Shown: positions 13,635 through 23,349 of the stretch, piece by piece
How positions within the stretch are numbered: position 1 is the stretch's first letter
Layout of the letters: the number at the start of each line of letters is the position of its first letter
Virus record (IMG/VR): IMGVR_UViG_3300025821_000003
Length of the DNA: 31,926 bases
Strand: one strand, 5' to 3'
Origin: a virus
Notes under the pieces: generated by a model
Told to the model about the DNA's origin: nothing
Databases searched by the model: none
What the model saw: only the letters and a program-made list of their open reading frames with translations
Position numbers and translations under genes: made by a program

Positions 13635-14090
13635 ATGCCAAGCGTGACTGGAGTTACTTATCGAGTTTATCAACCATATTATGTAGAACAATATAAAGGA
13701 TTAGACAACTATGGGTTTCCACACATGTCGGCTCAAGATAGAAAGAATCATATCAATCATCAGTCTGAATGCGGTCCATCTGTTGCTGTTTTCGTTGAGC
13801 GTGATCTTGTCGCTATTTTTGGTATGGTGCTTGTATGGAAGGGTGTGGGTGAGGCGTGGTCTACTTTCGATGAGAAAGCTAGACGATACCCAATAGCTAT
13901 GACTAAGTCTGCATTTACATTCTTTGATATCTGTGAGATATTATTTAATTTACATAGAGTGCAAATTACGGTAGACTCCAGTGATAGTCGAGCTATGCGA
14001 TGGGCAAAATGCTTAAAGTTTGAATCAGAGGGTTTGATGAAAGAATATAGTTCAGATAAGAAAGATTATCATATTATGAGGAGAAAGTAA
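13635..14090 (+). CDS. GNAT-fold-like (acetyltransferase-like) phage protein; start uncertain (TTG 13596 or ATG 13635)
   Basis: The C-terminal NLHRVQITVDSSDSRAMRWAKCLKFESEGLMKEY resembles the GNAT beta-alpha core. Confidence 0.4.
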   Translation: MPSVTGVTYRVYQPYYVEQYKGLDNYGFPHMSAQDRKNHINHQSECGPSVAVFVERDLVAIFGMVLVWKGVGEAWSTFDEKARRYPIAMTKSAFTFFDICEILFNLHRVQITVDSSDSRAMRWAKCLKFESEGLMKEYSSDKKDYHIMRRK

Positions 14091-14091
14091 C

Positions 14092-14334
14092 ATGGGTGGT
14101 TTATTTGGAGGAACGCCAGATAATTCAGCTGCTATGGCTCAGATTGAACAATCTCGTAAAGAGACAGAGCAAGCAAGAGCTGACGCACAAGAAGAGAAAA
14201 GAACATTGCAAGAAGAGATGGCAGCAAAGAAAAGAGCAAGACTTGCTGGCGGATCAAGAGCGCTTTTATCTGATACAAGATTAACACCAGAGACTGGCAT
14301 CGATGATGAAGCTAGTACAACACTAGGAGGATAG
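14092..14334 (+). CDS. small charged protein, member of an Arg-rich C-terminal motif family (80 aa)
   Basis: MGGLFGG...KKRARLAGGSRALLSD...TTLGG. Confidence 0.5.
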   Translation: MGGLFGGTPDNSAAMAQIEQSRKETEQARADAQEEKRTLQEEMAAKKRARLAGGSRALLSDTRLTPETGIDDEASTTLGG

Positions 14335-14338
14335 TATT

Positions 14339-14548
14339 ATGGGTGGAGTAGTAAAATCAAAACCAAAAGCAGCAGCACCGGCGCCAGCACCAAAGCCTGT
14401 ACCAGTTATTAAAACAAGAGATGTAGGTGCTGAAAGAGAAGCGGCTACGTTAAGGTCAAGACGTGGAAGAGCAGGTGGCTTGTTAGCTAAAGCATTGCCA
14501 TCAGAAATGGAAACTGCCAACACATTAGGCACTAAAACAAAAGTATAA
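14339..14548 (+). CDS. small basic Ala/Pro-rich protein, same motif family (69 aa)
   Basis: MGGVVKSKPKAAAPAPAPKP...RSRRGRAGGLLAKAL...NTLG. Confidence 0.5.
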   Translation: MGGVVKSKPKAAAPAPAPKPVPVIKTRDVGAEREAATLRSRRGRAGGLLAKALPSEMETANTLGTKTKV

Positions 14549-14564
14549 TTACCTAGGATAACAA

Positions 14565-15137
14565 ATGGGGTTAAAGACAATAAGAAGCGAGTTGCTTTCT
14601 GATGCTGATTCAGTATCTGCATTAGAGCTTGCTGCTAGTTTAAAAGAAAGACAAGATCCTAGTATTAGCAAAGAATCTATTGTTGATACCGTTATACTGC
14701 CTATAGCATATCATGAGTCTCAACTAGATCCACAAGCTAGGCAAAAGATAATTAAGCGTGGCGTAGAGGTAGATGGACCAGGAAAAGGGTTAATGCAATT
14801 TGAGGACGCGTCACTATACACCGCATCTAAAAGAGCAAAAATGTTACTTGAAAAAAACAACCAGAAAGTTCCTTCTTACATACAAAAGGTAATTGATCGA
14901 AAGATTACTGATGCATCTAAACTAACCACTGGACAACAGTCAGCATTAGCTGTTTATGATTTGTTGCAGAAACCTAAAGCTAATATTGCTTTGGTAACTT
15001 CTGGAGTAGAAAGTATTAAGATGCTATGGGAAAATTATTGGTGGGCAGGGAAGAGAAACAAACCGACAAGACGTGCTAAATTTTTAGATGATTACAAGTC
15101 GTATCTTTTAGATTATCGCGATAACATTAAAGACTAG
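14565..15137 (+). CDS. soluble lytic transglycosylase (SLT family 1-like)
   Basis: AYHESQLDPQA (catalytic Glu-Ser) followed by GKGLMQF. Confidence 0.7.
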   Translation: MGLKTIRSELLSDADSVSALELAASLKERQDPSISKESIVDTVILPIAYHESQLDPQARQKIIKRGVEVDGPGKGLMQFEDASLYTASKRAKMLLEKNNQKVPSYIQKVIDRKITDASKLTTGQQSALAVYDLLQKPKANIALVTSGVESIKMLWENYWWAGKRNKPTRRAKFLDDYKSYLLDYRDNIKD

Positions 15138-15145
15138 GAGCTAAC

Positions 15146-15322
15146 ATGGCAGAACCAAAGCTAACAAAGAAACAAAAAGAAATGCTGAAGAAGCAAATGG
15201 AAAAGAAGATGGACGAAAAGACTGACGAAGGCTATGACAAGTATTATGAAGATGAAGAAAAAGACAACAAAGCCGACAGAGAAAAAATGATGAAAGTCCT
15301 TAAAAAACTACTAGGTAAATAA
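15146..15322 (+). CDS. small Lys/Glu-rich protein (58 aa) ending in KKLLGK
   Basis: TAGGAG SD 5 nt upstream; hand-translated. Confidence 0.5.
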   Translation: MAEPKLTKKQKEMLKKQMEKKMDEKTDEGYDKYYEDEEKDNKADREKMMKVLKKLLGK

Positions 15323-15324
15323 AT

Positions 15325-15588
15325 ATGCAAAATAATACATGGTCATCTGAGTTAAAAGGCGGTCCACTCTTGGCTAGGCTGTTTACAGAACTGACATTAA
15401 AAAAAGAAAAAAACCCTGAGAAAAAGGCATTTTTGGAGAAAGCTAGAAAAGCTTTATATTCGCCAACAGAGCAAGTTAATGCAAGCAAACAAGAAGCAGT
15501 AAGAGAAAAAAGTGATGTAGCATCTACTTCCGCTGCAAGAAGAAGGGCCATGCGAGGCAGATCAGGTTTGATGTCAACAATAAGGTAA
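15325..15588 (+). CDS. small basic protein, same motif family (87 aa)
   Basis: C-terminus AARRRAMRGRSGLMSTIR. Confidence 0.5.
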   Translation: MQNNTWSSELKGGPLLARLFTELTLKKEKNPEKKAFLEKARKALYSPTEQVNASKQEAVREKSDVASTSAARRRAMRGRSGLMSTIR

Positions 15589-15592
15589 AGAT

Positions 15593-15730
15593 ATGTGGAG
15601 CTGGCATTTATATTGGGGTATGGGTTTTGGTGTTGAATGGACTGAGTCTGAATGGCATTCAGGTGAGATTATCTCTCACTTCTTAATTAACATAGGATGC
15701 TTACGCATTCAATATAGTGAGTGGGCGTAA
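15593..15730 (+). CDS. Trp-rich mini-protein (45 aa; MWSWHLYWGMGFGVEWTESEWHSGE...)
   Basis: AAGG SD 8 nt upstream; TAATG overlap with the next gene. Confidence 0.3.
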   Translation: MWSWHLYWGMGFGVEWTESEWHSGEIISHFLINIGCLRIQYSEWA

Positions 15731-16314
15731 TGGCTATTAATGTAAAAAGAGAATCAGATACCACGAATTCTAGGTACGTTGTATTAACACAAGCTGACAT
15801 AGATAATAACCAGCAGGTTACTGGTAGTGAAAGACCACTAATCGTTGTTAATACTAATCATCATAGGCTACATGAAGGGCGTGCATATTTTTTATATGAA
15901 AACAGAACTAATGGTACACCTTTAGCAGATGGTGCTTCAATAGATTTTGTGATTGCCTCAGGTAGTGGTACAAACATGCACATAACATTTGGTGCAATTT
16001 GTGGTGGCGATGCAGAATTATATTTATATGAGGGAGCAACTGCCTCAGGTGGCACTAGCGTAACCGCTGTTAGAAGAAATCGCACTATTAGTAACACAAG
16101 TAATACAGCAGCTTTATTAGACCCAACAGTAACTAATGTAGGAACAGAGTTATTTGCTGAGTTAGTAGCTGGTGGGATTAAAAAGAAAGCAGGTGGTGGT
16201 GATGGTGGTTCGTTAGAATATATCTTAAGCCCATTAACTACTTATTTAGTTCGATTAACTAATGTAAGCAATGCTGCACAATACGCAACTTTGGAGTTAG
16301 AATGGTATGAATAA
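15730..16314 (+). CDS. hypothetical (probably virion) protein, 194 aa, beta-rich
   Basis: ATG 15730 is coupled to the upstream ORF; lies in the morphogenesis block; no motif recognised. Confidence 0.5.
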   Translation: MAINVKRESDTTNSRYVVLTQADIDNNQQVTGSERPLIVVNTNHHRLHEGRAYFLYENRTNGTPLADGASIDFVIASGSGTNMHITFGAICGGDAELYLYEGATASGGTSVTAVRRNRTISNTSNTAALLDPTVTNVGTELFAELVAGGIKKKAGGGDGGSLEYILSPLTTYLVRLTNVSNAAQYATLELEWYE

Positions 16315-16444
16315 GCCAGGATTATACGCAAACATTAATGCAAGAAAGAAAGCAGGTACTAGCAGGACTAAAAAGAAATCAACTATATCTGATAAAGCTT
16401 ATGCACAGATGAAAGCTGGCTTTCCTAAAAAGAAGAAAGCTTAA
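16307..16444 (+). CDS. small basic protein (45 aa; MNKPGLYANINARKKAG...)
   Basis: Hand-translated; GGAG upstream. Confidence 0.4.
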   Translation: MNKPGLYANINARKKAGTSRTKKKSTISDKAYAQMKAGFPKKKKA

Positions 16445-16446
16445 CT

Positions 16447-16719
16447 ATGCCTGCTAAAAAATATCAAAATCCAGAGGGTGGACTTAATGAAGCAGGAAGA
16501 AAACACTTTAAAAAAACAGAAGGTGCTAACCTTAAAAGACCGCAAGGATCTGGCACTGATAGTCGGCGTGTATCTTTCGCTGCTCGTTTTAGCGGTATGG
16601 CTGGACCTTTAACAGACGAGAAAGGTAGACCAACAAGATTAAAACTTGCATTAAAGAAATGGGGTTTTGGTAGTAAAGAAGCAGCACGTAATTTTGCAAA
16701 CAGACATAAAAAAGGATAA
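16447..16719 (+). CDS. small basic protein (90 aa; ...GGLNEAGRKHFKK..GANLKRP...RRVSFAARF...)
   Basis: Open frame immediately upstream of the portal gene. Confidence 0.5.
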   Translation: MPAKKYQNPEGGLNEAGRKHFKKTEGANLKRPQGSGTDSRRVSFAARFSGMAGPLTDEKGRPTRLKLALKKWGFGSKEAARNFANRHKKG

Positions 16720-16721
16720 TC

Positions 16722-18302
16722 ATGGTAGCAATGATGAGATTAACAGCTGAAGATGTTTTAAACAGACATGAAAAAGCTTTAATTAGAAAAGAAGATTTTA
16801 GAAACTTATACGAAGAAGCCTATGAGTTTGCATTACCACAGCGCAATCTGTATGACGGACATTATGATGGTAAGGTCGGTGGCAGTAAGAAAATGAATCG
16901 TGTGTTTGATTCTACTGCAATCAGCTCTACTCAGCGTTTTGCAAACAGGATGCAGTCAGGCATATTCCCTCCACAAAGAAAATGGTGTAGGTTAGAACCA
17001 GGACCAGATATTCCTGAAGAACGAAATGCTGATGCACAAGCAGCGCTAGATGTCTATAACGAAAGATTGTTTGCTGCATTAAAGCAGTCTAACTTTGACA
17101 TTGCCATTGGTGAGTTTTTGTTAGACTTGTCTGTAGGTACTGCGGTTATGATGGTTCAACCAGGTGATGATATTAATCCAATTAACTTTATTCCAGTTCC
17201 ACAATACCTTGTTTCAATTGAGGAAGGCGCTAATGGTCAAGTAGATAATGTATATAGACGTATGCGTATCAAAGGTGAAGCAATACAAAGACAATGGCCT
17301 GAAGCAAAAATTCCATCAGAACTACAAAAGAAAATAGATCAAAAGCCAACTGACGAAGTTGAACTAATTGAAGCAACGGTATTAGATCAAAAGCGTGGTG
17401 ACTATTGTTATCATATTATACACAAAGAATCCAAGACAGAATTGCTCTACAAAAGAATGGAATATAGTCCTTGGGTTGTGTCTAGGTACGCTAAAGTTGC
17501 TGGTGAAATATATGGGCGCGGACCATTAATCACTGCAATGCCTGACATTAAAACACTAAATAAAACATTAGAGTTGTTACTTAAAAATGCTTCTCTAGCT
17601 ATTAGTGGTGTGTATACAGCAGCTGATGACGGAGTGCTTAATCCAAATACGGTGAAGATTATGCCTGGTGCTATTATTCCTGTTGCACGTAATGGCGGAC
17701 CACAAGGTGAATCACTTAAAGCTTTACCAAGAGCTGGTGACTTTAATGTATCACAAATTGTTATTAATGATTTGCGAATGAACATTAAACGCACATTGTT
17801 AGATGAGTCATTACCTCCAGACAACATGTCAGCACGTTCTGCTACTGAGGTTGTAGAAAGAATGAAAGAATTATCACAGAACCTCGGCTCTGCATTTGGT
17901 AGGCTCATTAATGAAACAATGATTCCTTTAGTATCCAAGATGTTGCAGGTGATGGATCAGCGTGGCATAATAGACTTACCACTTAAAGTCAATGGACTTG
18001 AGATTAAGATTTCTCCAGTAGCGCCATTAGCTATGGCACAAAACATGGATGAAGTACAGAACATCTTACAATACGCACAGATTGCACAGCAAGCTGGACC
18101 ACAAGGACAAATGGCTATTAAAGTTGATGTTATGTTAGATCATATTGCAGAGAAGCTAGGTATACCTCAGAAATTGAGACCTACCCCACAAGAGCGCATG
18201 ATGATGCAACAACAGATGGCACAACAAGCACAACAGATGGCGCAACAAAATCCTGAGATGGCTACTCAAGTAGCGGAAGCTGCGATTAAAAAACAAGGAT
18301 AG
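16722..18302 (+). CDS. portal (head-tail connector) protein, T7 gp8-like
   Basis: YGRGPL..., ARSATEVVERMKEL..LGSAFGRLINETMIPLV and a Gln-rich C-terminal tail parallel T7 gp8 (YGRS..., ERVTAEEIRY..LGGVYS..PLV, QQKMAQQ). Confidence 0.85.
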   Translation: MVAMMRLTAEDVLNRHEKALIRKEDFRNLYEEAYEFALPQRNLYDGHYDGKVGGSKKMNRVFDSTAISSTQRFANRMQSGIFPPQRKWCRLEPGPDIPEERNADAQAALDVYNERLFAALKQSNFDIAIGEFLLDLSVGTAVMMVQPGDDINPINFIPVPQYLVSIEEGANGQVDNVYRRMRIKGEAIQRQWPEAKIPSELQKKIDQKPTDEVELIEATVLDQKRGDYCYHIIHKESKTELLYKRMEYSPWVVSRYAKVAGEIYGRGPLITAMPDIKTLNKTLELLLKNASLAISGVYTAADDGVLNPNTVKIMPGAIIPVARNGGPQGESLKALPRAGDFNVSQIVINDLRMNIKRTLLDESLPPDNMSARSATEVVERMKELSQNLGSAFGRLINETMIPLVSKMLQVMDQRGIIDLPLKVNGLEIKISPVAPLAMAQNMDEVQNILQYAQIAQQAGPQGQMAIKVDVMLDHIAEKLGIPQKLRPTPQERMMMQQQMAQQAQQMAQQNPEMATQVAEAAIKKQG

Positions 18303-18305
18303 ATT

Positions 18306-18569
18306 ATGGCAGGATGGGATGATTTAGAACAAGCACTACCTCTTGACGTACGTGATGTTAGTCAAGCTAGAGATGATTTAGATCGCTTAACATTAAGAGT
18401 GTTAGGTGATGAAGACGGAAAGAAACTGATGGATTGGTTACGCCAATCTATTTTGGAGCAACCCGTAGCCTTGCCGGGAAGCGATCCTAGTTATGCATTT
18501 TATCGAGAAGGGCAAAATTCGTTAATTAGGGATTTAGAAGCAAGGATAATTAGAGCAAGGAAACTATAA
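18306..18569 (+). CDS. hypothetical protein (87 aa)
   Basis: Between the portal and scaffold genes. Confidence 0.5.
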   Translation: MAGWDDLEQALPLDVRDVSQARDDLDRLTLRVLGDEDGKKLMDWLRQSILEQPVALPGSDPSYAFYREGQNSLIRDLEARIIRARKL

Positions 18570-19375
18570 TGGAAGAAGCAATCGAGCCTAGTGTTCAGGA
18601 AACTGAATCGACTGGCCTACTCGATGGAGCAATGCCAGAAACCGAGGAAGTTAGTCAAGATACAAATGCAGTAGAAATAGATCATCGTGATCCAGCAGAA
18701 CTACAAGCAAAGCAAGATTATGAAAATGCTGATGATGAACCATTAGAAAGACCCGATTGGTGGCCAGAAAACTTTTGGAAAGGCGAAGAAGCTGAACCAG
18801 ATTTAGAAGCCATAGCAAAATCTTGGACTGACCTTAGGAAACAAATATCTCAAGGTAAACATAAAGCACCTGCTGATGGCAAGTATGATACATCAGCTTT
18901 TGGTAATACACCTGAAGATGACCCAGTTAGAAAGCATGTTATGGATTGGGCAAGAGATAATAGCGTTAGTCAATCAGCTTTAGATCACCTAGTTGGTAAA
19001 GTTGTAGACATGGGAGCTATGCAACAAGAAACATTCCAAGTCAACGTCCAACAAGAAATGAAGCAGCTTGGACCTAATGCTGATGCCAGAATTAACGGTA
19101 TGAAGAAATGGGGCGCAAGCCTTGTAAGCAAAGGAATATGGTCTAATGATGATTACGAAGAGTTTACTATCATGGGTGGTACAGCAAGAGGTATCAACGC
19201 ATTAGAGAAGCTTAGATCATCTTATGAAGGCAGTGTTCCAATAGAAGCAGCTCCAGTTGAAGGCGCACCTTCTAAAGACGAACTATATCAAATGGTTGGT
19301 GACGAGAAGTATAAGAATGACCCAGCCTATCGTGCTAAAGTAGAAAAGCTTTTCGCTCAAAACTTCGGCTCGTAA
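18569..19375 (+). CDS. scaffolding protein (putative)
   Basis: Acidic, helical, 268 aa; located between the portal and major capsid genes as in T7-like modules. Confidence 0.6.
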   Translation: MEEAIEPSVQETESTGLLDGAMPETEEVSQDTNAVEIDHRDPAELQAKQDYENADDEPLERPDWWPENFWKGEEAEPDLEAIAKSWTDLRKQISQGKHKAPADGKYDTSAFGNTPEDDPVRKHVMDWARDNSVSQSALDHLVGKVVDMGAMQQETFQVNVQQEMKQLGPNADARINGMKKWGASLVSKGIWSNDDYEEFTIMGGTARGINALEKLRSSYEGSVPIEAAPVEGAPSKDELYQMVGDEKYKNDPAYRAKVEKLFAQNFGS

Positions 19376-19559
19376 TTCATTGCAAATAAGCCTTATCTGT
19401 GGTATATTCATGGGTAAGGCATATTGTAAAGCACCATCATACAACCCTTAATGCAAGTAACCTTGTCGAATGGCTATCGTAAATAGCAAGCACAGGCCCA
19501 GACTTTCTGGCATACCAAAGCGATTAAATTTTATTTTTAATTTCTAAGGAGAAACAACA

Positions 19560-20402
19560 ATGGCTATTGGATTATCTAATGCTTTTGTAACACTCTTTGA
19601 TGCCGAAGTTAAGCAGGCTTACCAAGCGAAAGCACAATTGGTTGGTGCAACTAGACAAAGACGCGGCGTTGAAGGTGCAACAGTAAAATTCCCTAAAGTT
19701 GGGAAAGGCGTGGCTACACTACGTGTACCACAAACAGACGTAACTCCACTTAATGTGGACTTCAGTCAAGTAACAGCTACACTCGAAGATTGGAATGCAG
19801 CTGAATACTCAGACATTTTCATGCAACAAAAAGTTAATTTTGACGAAAGACAAGAGTTAGTTCAAGTAGTAGCGAACGCTATTGGCCGTAGACAAGATCA
19901 ATTGATTCTTGACGCACTTGCTGCTTCAGGTACATCTAACACAGTTGCCAACGACATTGGTGGTACTGACACAAACCTTAACGTAGCTAAACTACGTGAA
20001 GCTAAGAAGTTACTAGATAAGAACAACGTGCCACCGCAAGATCGTCACATTCTTCTTCATGCTAACAACCTAGCATCTTTACTATCAGAAACAGCAGTAA
20101 CATCATCTGACTTTAACACTGTTAAAGCTTTAGTTGCTGGTGAAATCAATACATTCTTAGGTTTCACATTCCACACATTAGGCGATCGTGCTGAAGGTGG
20201 TTTAGCTGTTGATGGTTCTTTAGATAGAACTCTTTTTGCATTCCATAAAGAATCTATGGGTTATGCTGAAGGTATTGGTCCTAAAACAGAAATCAACTAT
20301 GTACCAGAAAAAACATCATTCCTTGTGAATGCTATGTTCTCTGCTGCATCAGTAGCGATTGATGCTGAAGGTATTGTTCAACTCACATGTCGTGAATCTT
20401 AA
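19560..20402 (+). CDS. major capsid protein
   Basis: TAAGGAG SD, 184-nt upstream leader, position after the scaffold, 280 aa with a capsid-like N-terminus (SNAFVTLFDAEVKQAYQ). Confidence 0.75.
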   Translation: MAIGLSNAFVTLFDAEVKQAYQAKAQLVGATRQRRGVEGATVKFPKVGKGVATLRVPQTDVTPLNVDFSQVTATLEDWNAAEYSDIFMQQKVNFDERQELVQVVANAIGRRQDQLILDALAASGTSNTVANDIGGTDTNLNVAKLREAKKLLDKNNVPPQDRHILLHANNLASLLSETAVTSSDFNTVKALVAGEINTFLGFTFHTLGDRAEGGLAVDGSLDRTLFAFHKESMGYAEGIGPKTEINYVPEKTSFLVNAMFSAASVAIDAEGIVQLTCRES

Positions 20403-20418
20403 TATTAGGAGAAAATAA

Positions 20419-20685
20419 ATGGCTTTTAATAAAGACGGATTAGTAGCGGCGGGCGGACAGTCTAAAGCTGGTGATGCACCACAAACCTGGAACTACACAA
20501 CTATTGATGCTTATACAGCAGTAGCAGCTTCAGGCTATTTCAATGAAGTATCTAGCTTACTTAAAGTTGGTGATATTGTCTGGAACTATGATTCAGATGC
20601 GCCAACAATGTACGTACATGTTGTATTAACTAACGCTGCTGGCGTTGTCGATGTATCAGCAGGTACTGCAATAAGCGTAGCTTAG
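20419..20685 (+). CDS. small head-associated protein (possible decoration or cement protein), 88 aa
   Basis: TTAGGAG SD; immediately after the capsid gene and before the terminator hairpin. Confidence 0.45.
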   Translation: MAFNKDGLVAAGGQSKAGDAPQTWNYTTIDAYTAVAASGYFNEVSSLLKVGDIVWNYDSDAPTMYVHVVLTNAAGVVDVSAGTAISVA

Positions 20686-20703
20686 TAATAGTAATAATGC
20701 AGA

Positions 20704-20739
20704 AGGTGGGGGTTTAGGCTCTCACCTATTTGCACATTT
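20704..20739 (+). terminator. rho-independent-type terminator/attenuator after the capsid genes
   Basis: AGGTGGGGG-tttagg-CTCTCACCT 9-bp stem (two G.U), followed by the T-rich atttgcacattt. Confidence 0.5.
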
Positions 20740-20750
20740 GGAGAAAGTAA

Positions 20751-21365
20751 ATGGCAACAGGTGATACCGATATTAGAATATGCTCTGACTCATTATTAAT
20801 GTTGGGCGCAAATCCTATTTCTTCATTTACAGAAGGAACAGATGAAGCAAACATCTGCGACAGACTTTATCCTGATATTAAGATTAAAACATTGGCCAGT
20901 TACCCCTGGTCTTTCTCATTTAAAAAGGTGCAGTTAGCTAGGCTAATTACGACACCAACCAACGAATACAAGTACCAATATCAAATGCCATCAGACATGG
21001 TTGGCGTTCCAAGAGCTGTGTACGACACAGCCAGTGTTGGTGGTCCTGTTAGAAAAGAATATAGATTGATGGGAGATAAAATACTGACTGACTACGAAAA
21101 AGTATACGTAGACTATCAGTATAATGTTCCAGAATATGCATTACCTCACTATTTTGTGCAGTTACTGAAATACCAAATGGCTTGGCATCTCGCAATGCCT
21201 ATTACCGATCAAAATGAAAAGTCTCAATATTGGCAAGTAGTAGCACAAGGAACTCCTGGAGAAAATGGTAGAGGTGGTTACATGCGCCAAGCTATGAGCA
21301 TTGATGGACAAGGACAACCTACCAATGCATTCCAAGACTTCTCACTTATTGACGTGAGATATTAA
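20751..21365 (+). CDS. tail tubular protein A / adaptor (T7 gp11-like)
   Basis: Size (204 aa), order, and an N-terminal ...LLMLGANPISSFTEGTDEA......YPWSF pattern similar to gp11. Confidence 0.65.
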   Translation: MATGDTDIRICSDSLLMLGANPISSFTEGTDEANICDRLYPDIKIKTLASYPWSFSFKKVQLARLITTPTNEYKYQYQMPSDMVGVPRAVYDTASVGGPVRKEYRLMGDKILTDYEKVYVDYQYNVPEYALPHYFVQLLKYQMAWHLAMPITDQNEKSQYWQVVAQGTPGENGRGGYMRQAMSIDGQGQPTNAFQDFSLIDVRY

Positions 21366-23347
21366 TGGCTCGCTTTGTAAGCATACAAACTAACTTTACA
21401 TCCGGTGAACTAGATCCATTATTGCGTTCACGTGTAGACTTAAAGGCTTACGAAAACTCTGCTGAAAAAGCACAAAATGTTATATGCCAACCTCAAGGTG
21501 GAGTAACCCGCAGACCTGGTACAAAGTTTATTAATGAGCTTGGTGGTAGTCCAGAGAATGGGATTAGATTAGCGTCGTTTGAGTTTTCAGTAGATGATAG
21601 TTATATGTTGTGTTTTACTACAAACAGAATGTATGTCTATAAAGATAAAGTGCTAATTACCAACATTAATGGTTCTGGTAATGATTATTTAGATACCACA
21701 GGGTATGGGCTGGTAGGATCTCATTTAGATCATATGTGTTGGACACAGTCTGCTGACACACTTATTGCTGTTGATGAACATGATGCCCCAGTAAAGATTG
21801 TTCGTGGCGCTACAGACAGTTCATGGAGCATTACTAACATATCATTTGCTAGCATACCTAAGTATGCATTTACATTAACAACTAGCAATCCAGCAGGCAG
21901 TATTACTCCTAGTGATGTATCAGGCAAGGTTACTATTACAGCAACATCTGGTGTATTTAATGCAAGTCATGTTGGTCAATATATCAATGCATCTCCACAA
22001 GGCAGAGCAAAGATTGTTAAATATACTAGCGCAACATCAGTCAATGTAGTAACAGAATTTCCATTCTTTGACACTACGGCTACCACTACAGGTAACTGGG
22101 AGTTAGAAACAGGGTATGAGGATGTATGGTCCAACAGTAGAGGATGGCCTAGAACTGTTACGTTCCATCAAGGTCGTTTATACTTTGGCGGATCTCAATC
22201 AAGGCCGTCAACTATATGGGGTTCTAAAGTAGGATTATTCTTTGATTTTGAAGCCGTGGAAGGATTGGATGATGACGCTGTTGAAGCTACCCTCGATACT
22301 AATACTTATAATGCTATCACTGATATTATTTCTGGCCGTGATTTGCAAGTGTTTACTACGGGCGGTGAGTTCTACGTTCCGCAAGAAGGATTAACACCTA
22401 TTACACCATCGGACTTCTTCTTCTCCACTACATCGCGTATTGGCTCAAAAGAAGGTATCCGTGTTAAACAACTAGAATCTGGCGTTCTCTTTGTGCAAAG
22501 ACAAGGAAAGTCATTATCTGAGATTGCGTATTCTGATACACAGCTAACTTACTTAACATCTAAAATATCATTATTAGCCGGGCATCTTTTAAAGAATCCT
22601 AATAGGATGGACTTACGAAGAGCTGTTGCTACAGATGAAAATGACTTGTTATTATTAGTTAATGAAGATGATGGTAGTATTGCAGCATTCTCACTACTAA
22701 GATCACAGAATGTTATTGCGCCATCACAGTTTACCACTGAAGGTAATTTTCTTGATGTTGGTGTAGATATTACCGATATTTATACCGTAACTTCAAGAGA
22801 TGATGGAGGGACAACTAGATACTACGTTGAGGTATTCGACAACACTACACTAACCGATTGTGCGGTAATAGGAACTACATCTCCTACTGCCGATATGAGT
22901 CATCTGGTTGGGCAGGTAGTACATGTTATTTCAGATGGTTACGTTGAGTCAGATCAAACAGTACCCGCTGGCGGAACAGTAACATTTACAAACCCACCTG
23001 CCACCTCAAGTGAAGTAGGACTACCAATACATGTAGAGATTAAGACTATGCCAATTGACCTTAAGATTCAATCTGGCACTAGATTAGGATTTAGAAAACG
23101 AATTGTTGAGGTTAATGCTTTAATATTGAATACTCAAAATTTAGTGATTAATGGAAACCTAGTTCCTATTAGGTCATTAGGACTAGATGTAGTTGGAACC
23201 GCAGTGCCAGAATTTACAGGGACTAAAACTTTACATGGTATACTAGGTTACAACAGCGATGGGCAAATCACTGTGACACAAAGCGCCCCGCTTAAGTTTA
23301 CATTGTTAGGGTTAGAATATAAAGTGTCAGTACACCAAGGAACATAA
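21365..23347 (+). CDS. tail tubular protein B / nozzle (T7 gp12-like)
   Basis: 660 aa, follows the gp11-like gene with a TAATG overlap. Confidence 0.6.
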   Translation: MARFVSIQTNFTSGELDPLLRSRVDLKAYENSAEKAQNVICQPQGGVTRRPGTKFINELGGSPENGIRLASFEFSVDDSYMLCFTTNRMYVYKDKVLITNINGSGNDYLDTTGYGLVGSHLDHMCWTQSADTLIAVDEHDAPVKIVRGATDSSWSITNISFASIPKYAFTLTTSNPAGSITPSDVSGKVTITATSGVFNASHVGQYINASPQGRAKIVKYTSATSVNVVTEFPFFDTTATTTGNWELETGYEDVWSNSRGWPRTVTFHQGRLYFGGSQSRPSTIWGSKVGLFFDFEAVEGLDDDAVEATLDTNTYNAITDIISGRDLQVFTTGGEFYVPQEGLTPITPSDFFFSTTSRIGSKEGIRVKQLESGVLFVQRQGKSLSEIAYSDTQLTYLTSKISLLAGHLLKNPNRMDLRRAVATDENDLLLLVNEDDGSIAAFSLLRSQNVIAPSQFTTEGNFLDVGVDITDIYTVTSRDDGGTTRYYVEVFDNTTLTDCAVIGTTSPTADMSHLVGQVVHVISDGYVESDQTVPAGGTVTFTNPPATSSEVGLPIHVEIKTMPIDLKIQSGTRLGFRKRIVEVNALILNTQNLVINGNLVPIRSLGLDVVGTAVPEFTGTKTLHGILGYNSDGQITVTQSAPLKFTLLGLEYKVSVHQGT

Positions 23348-23349
23348 TT

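Noticed and set aside
17447-17938. 163-aa antisense ORF inside the portal gene
   Set aside because: It lies completely within a confidently identified T7-like portal gene. It has no RBS and shadow-type composition. The same reasoning applies to the other internal or antisense track ORFs, e.g. 181..498, 691..936, 4540..5007, 11160..11507, 14323..14622 and 15300..15551.
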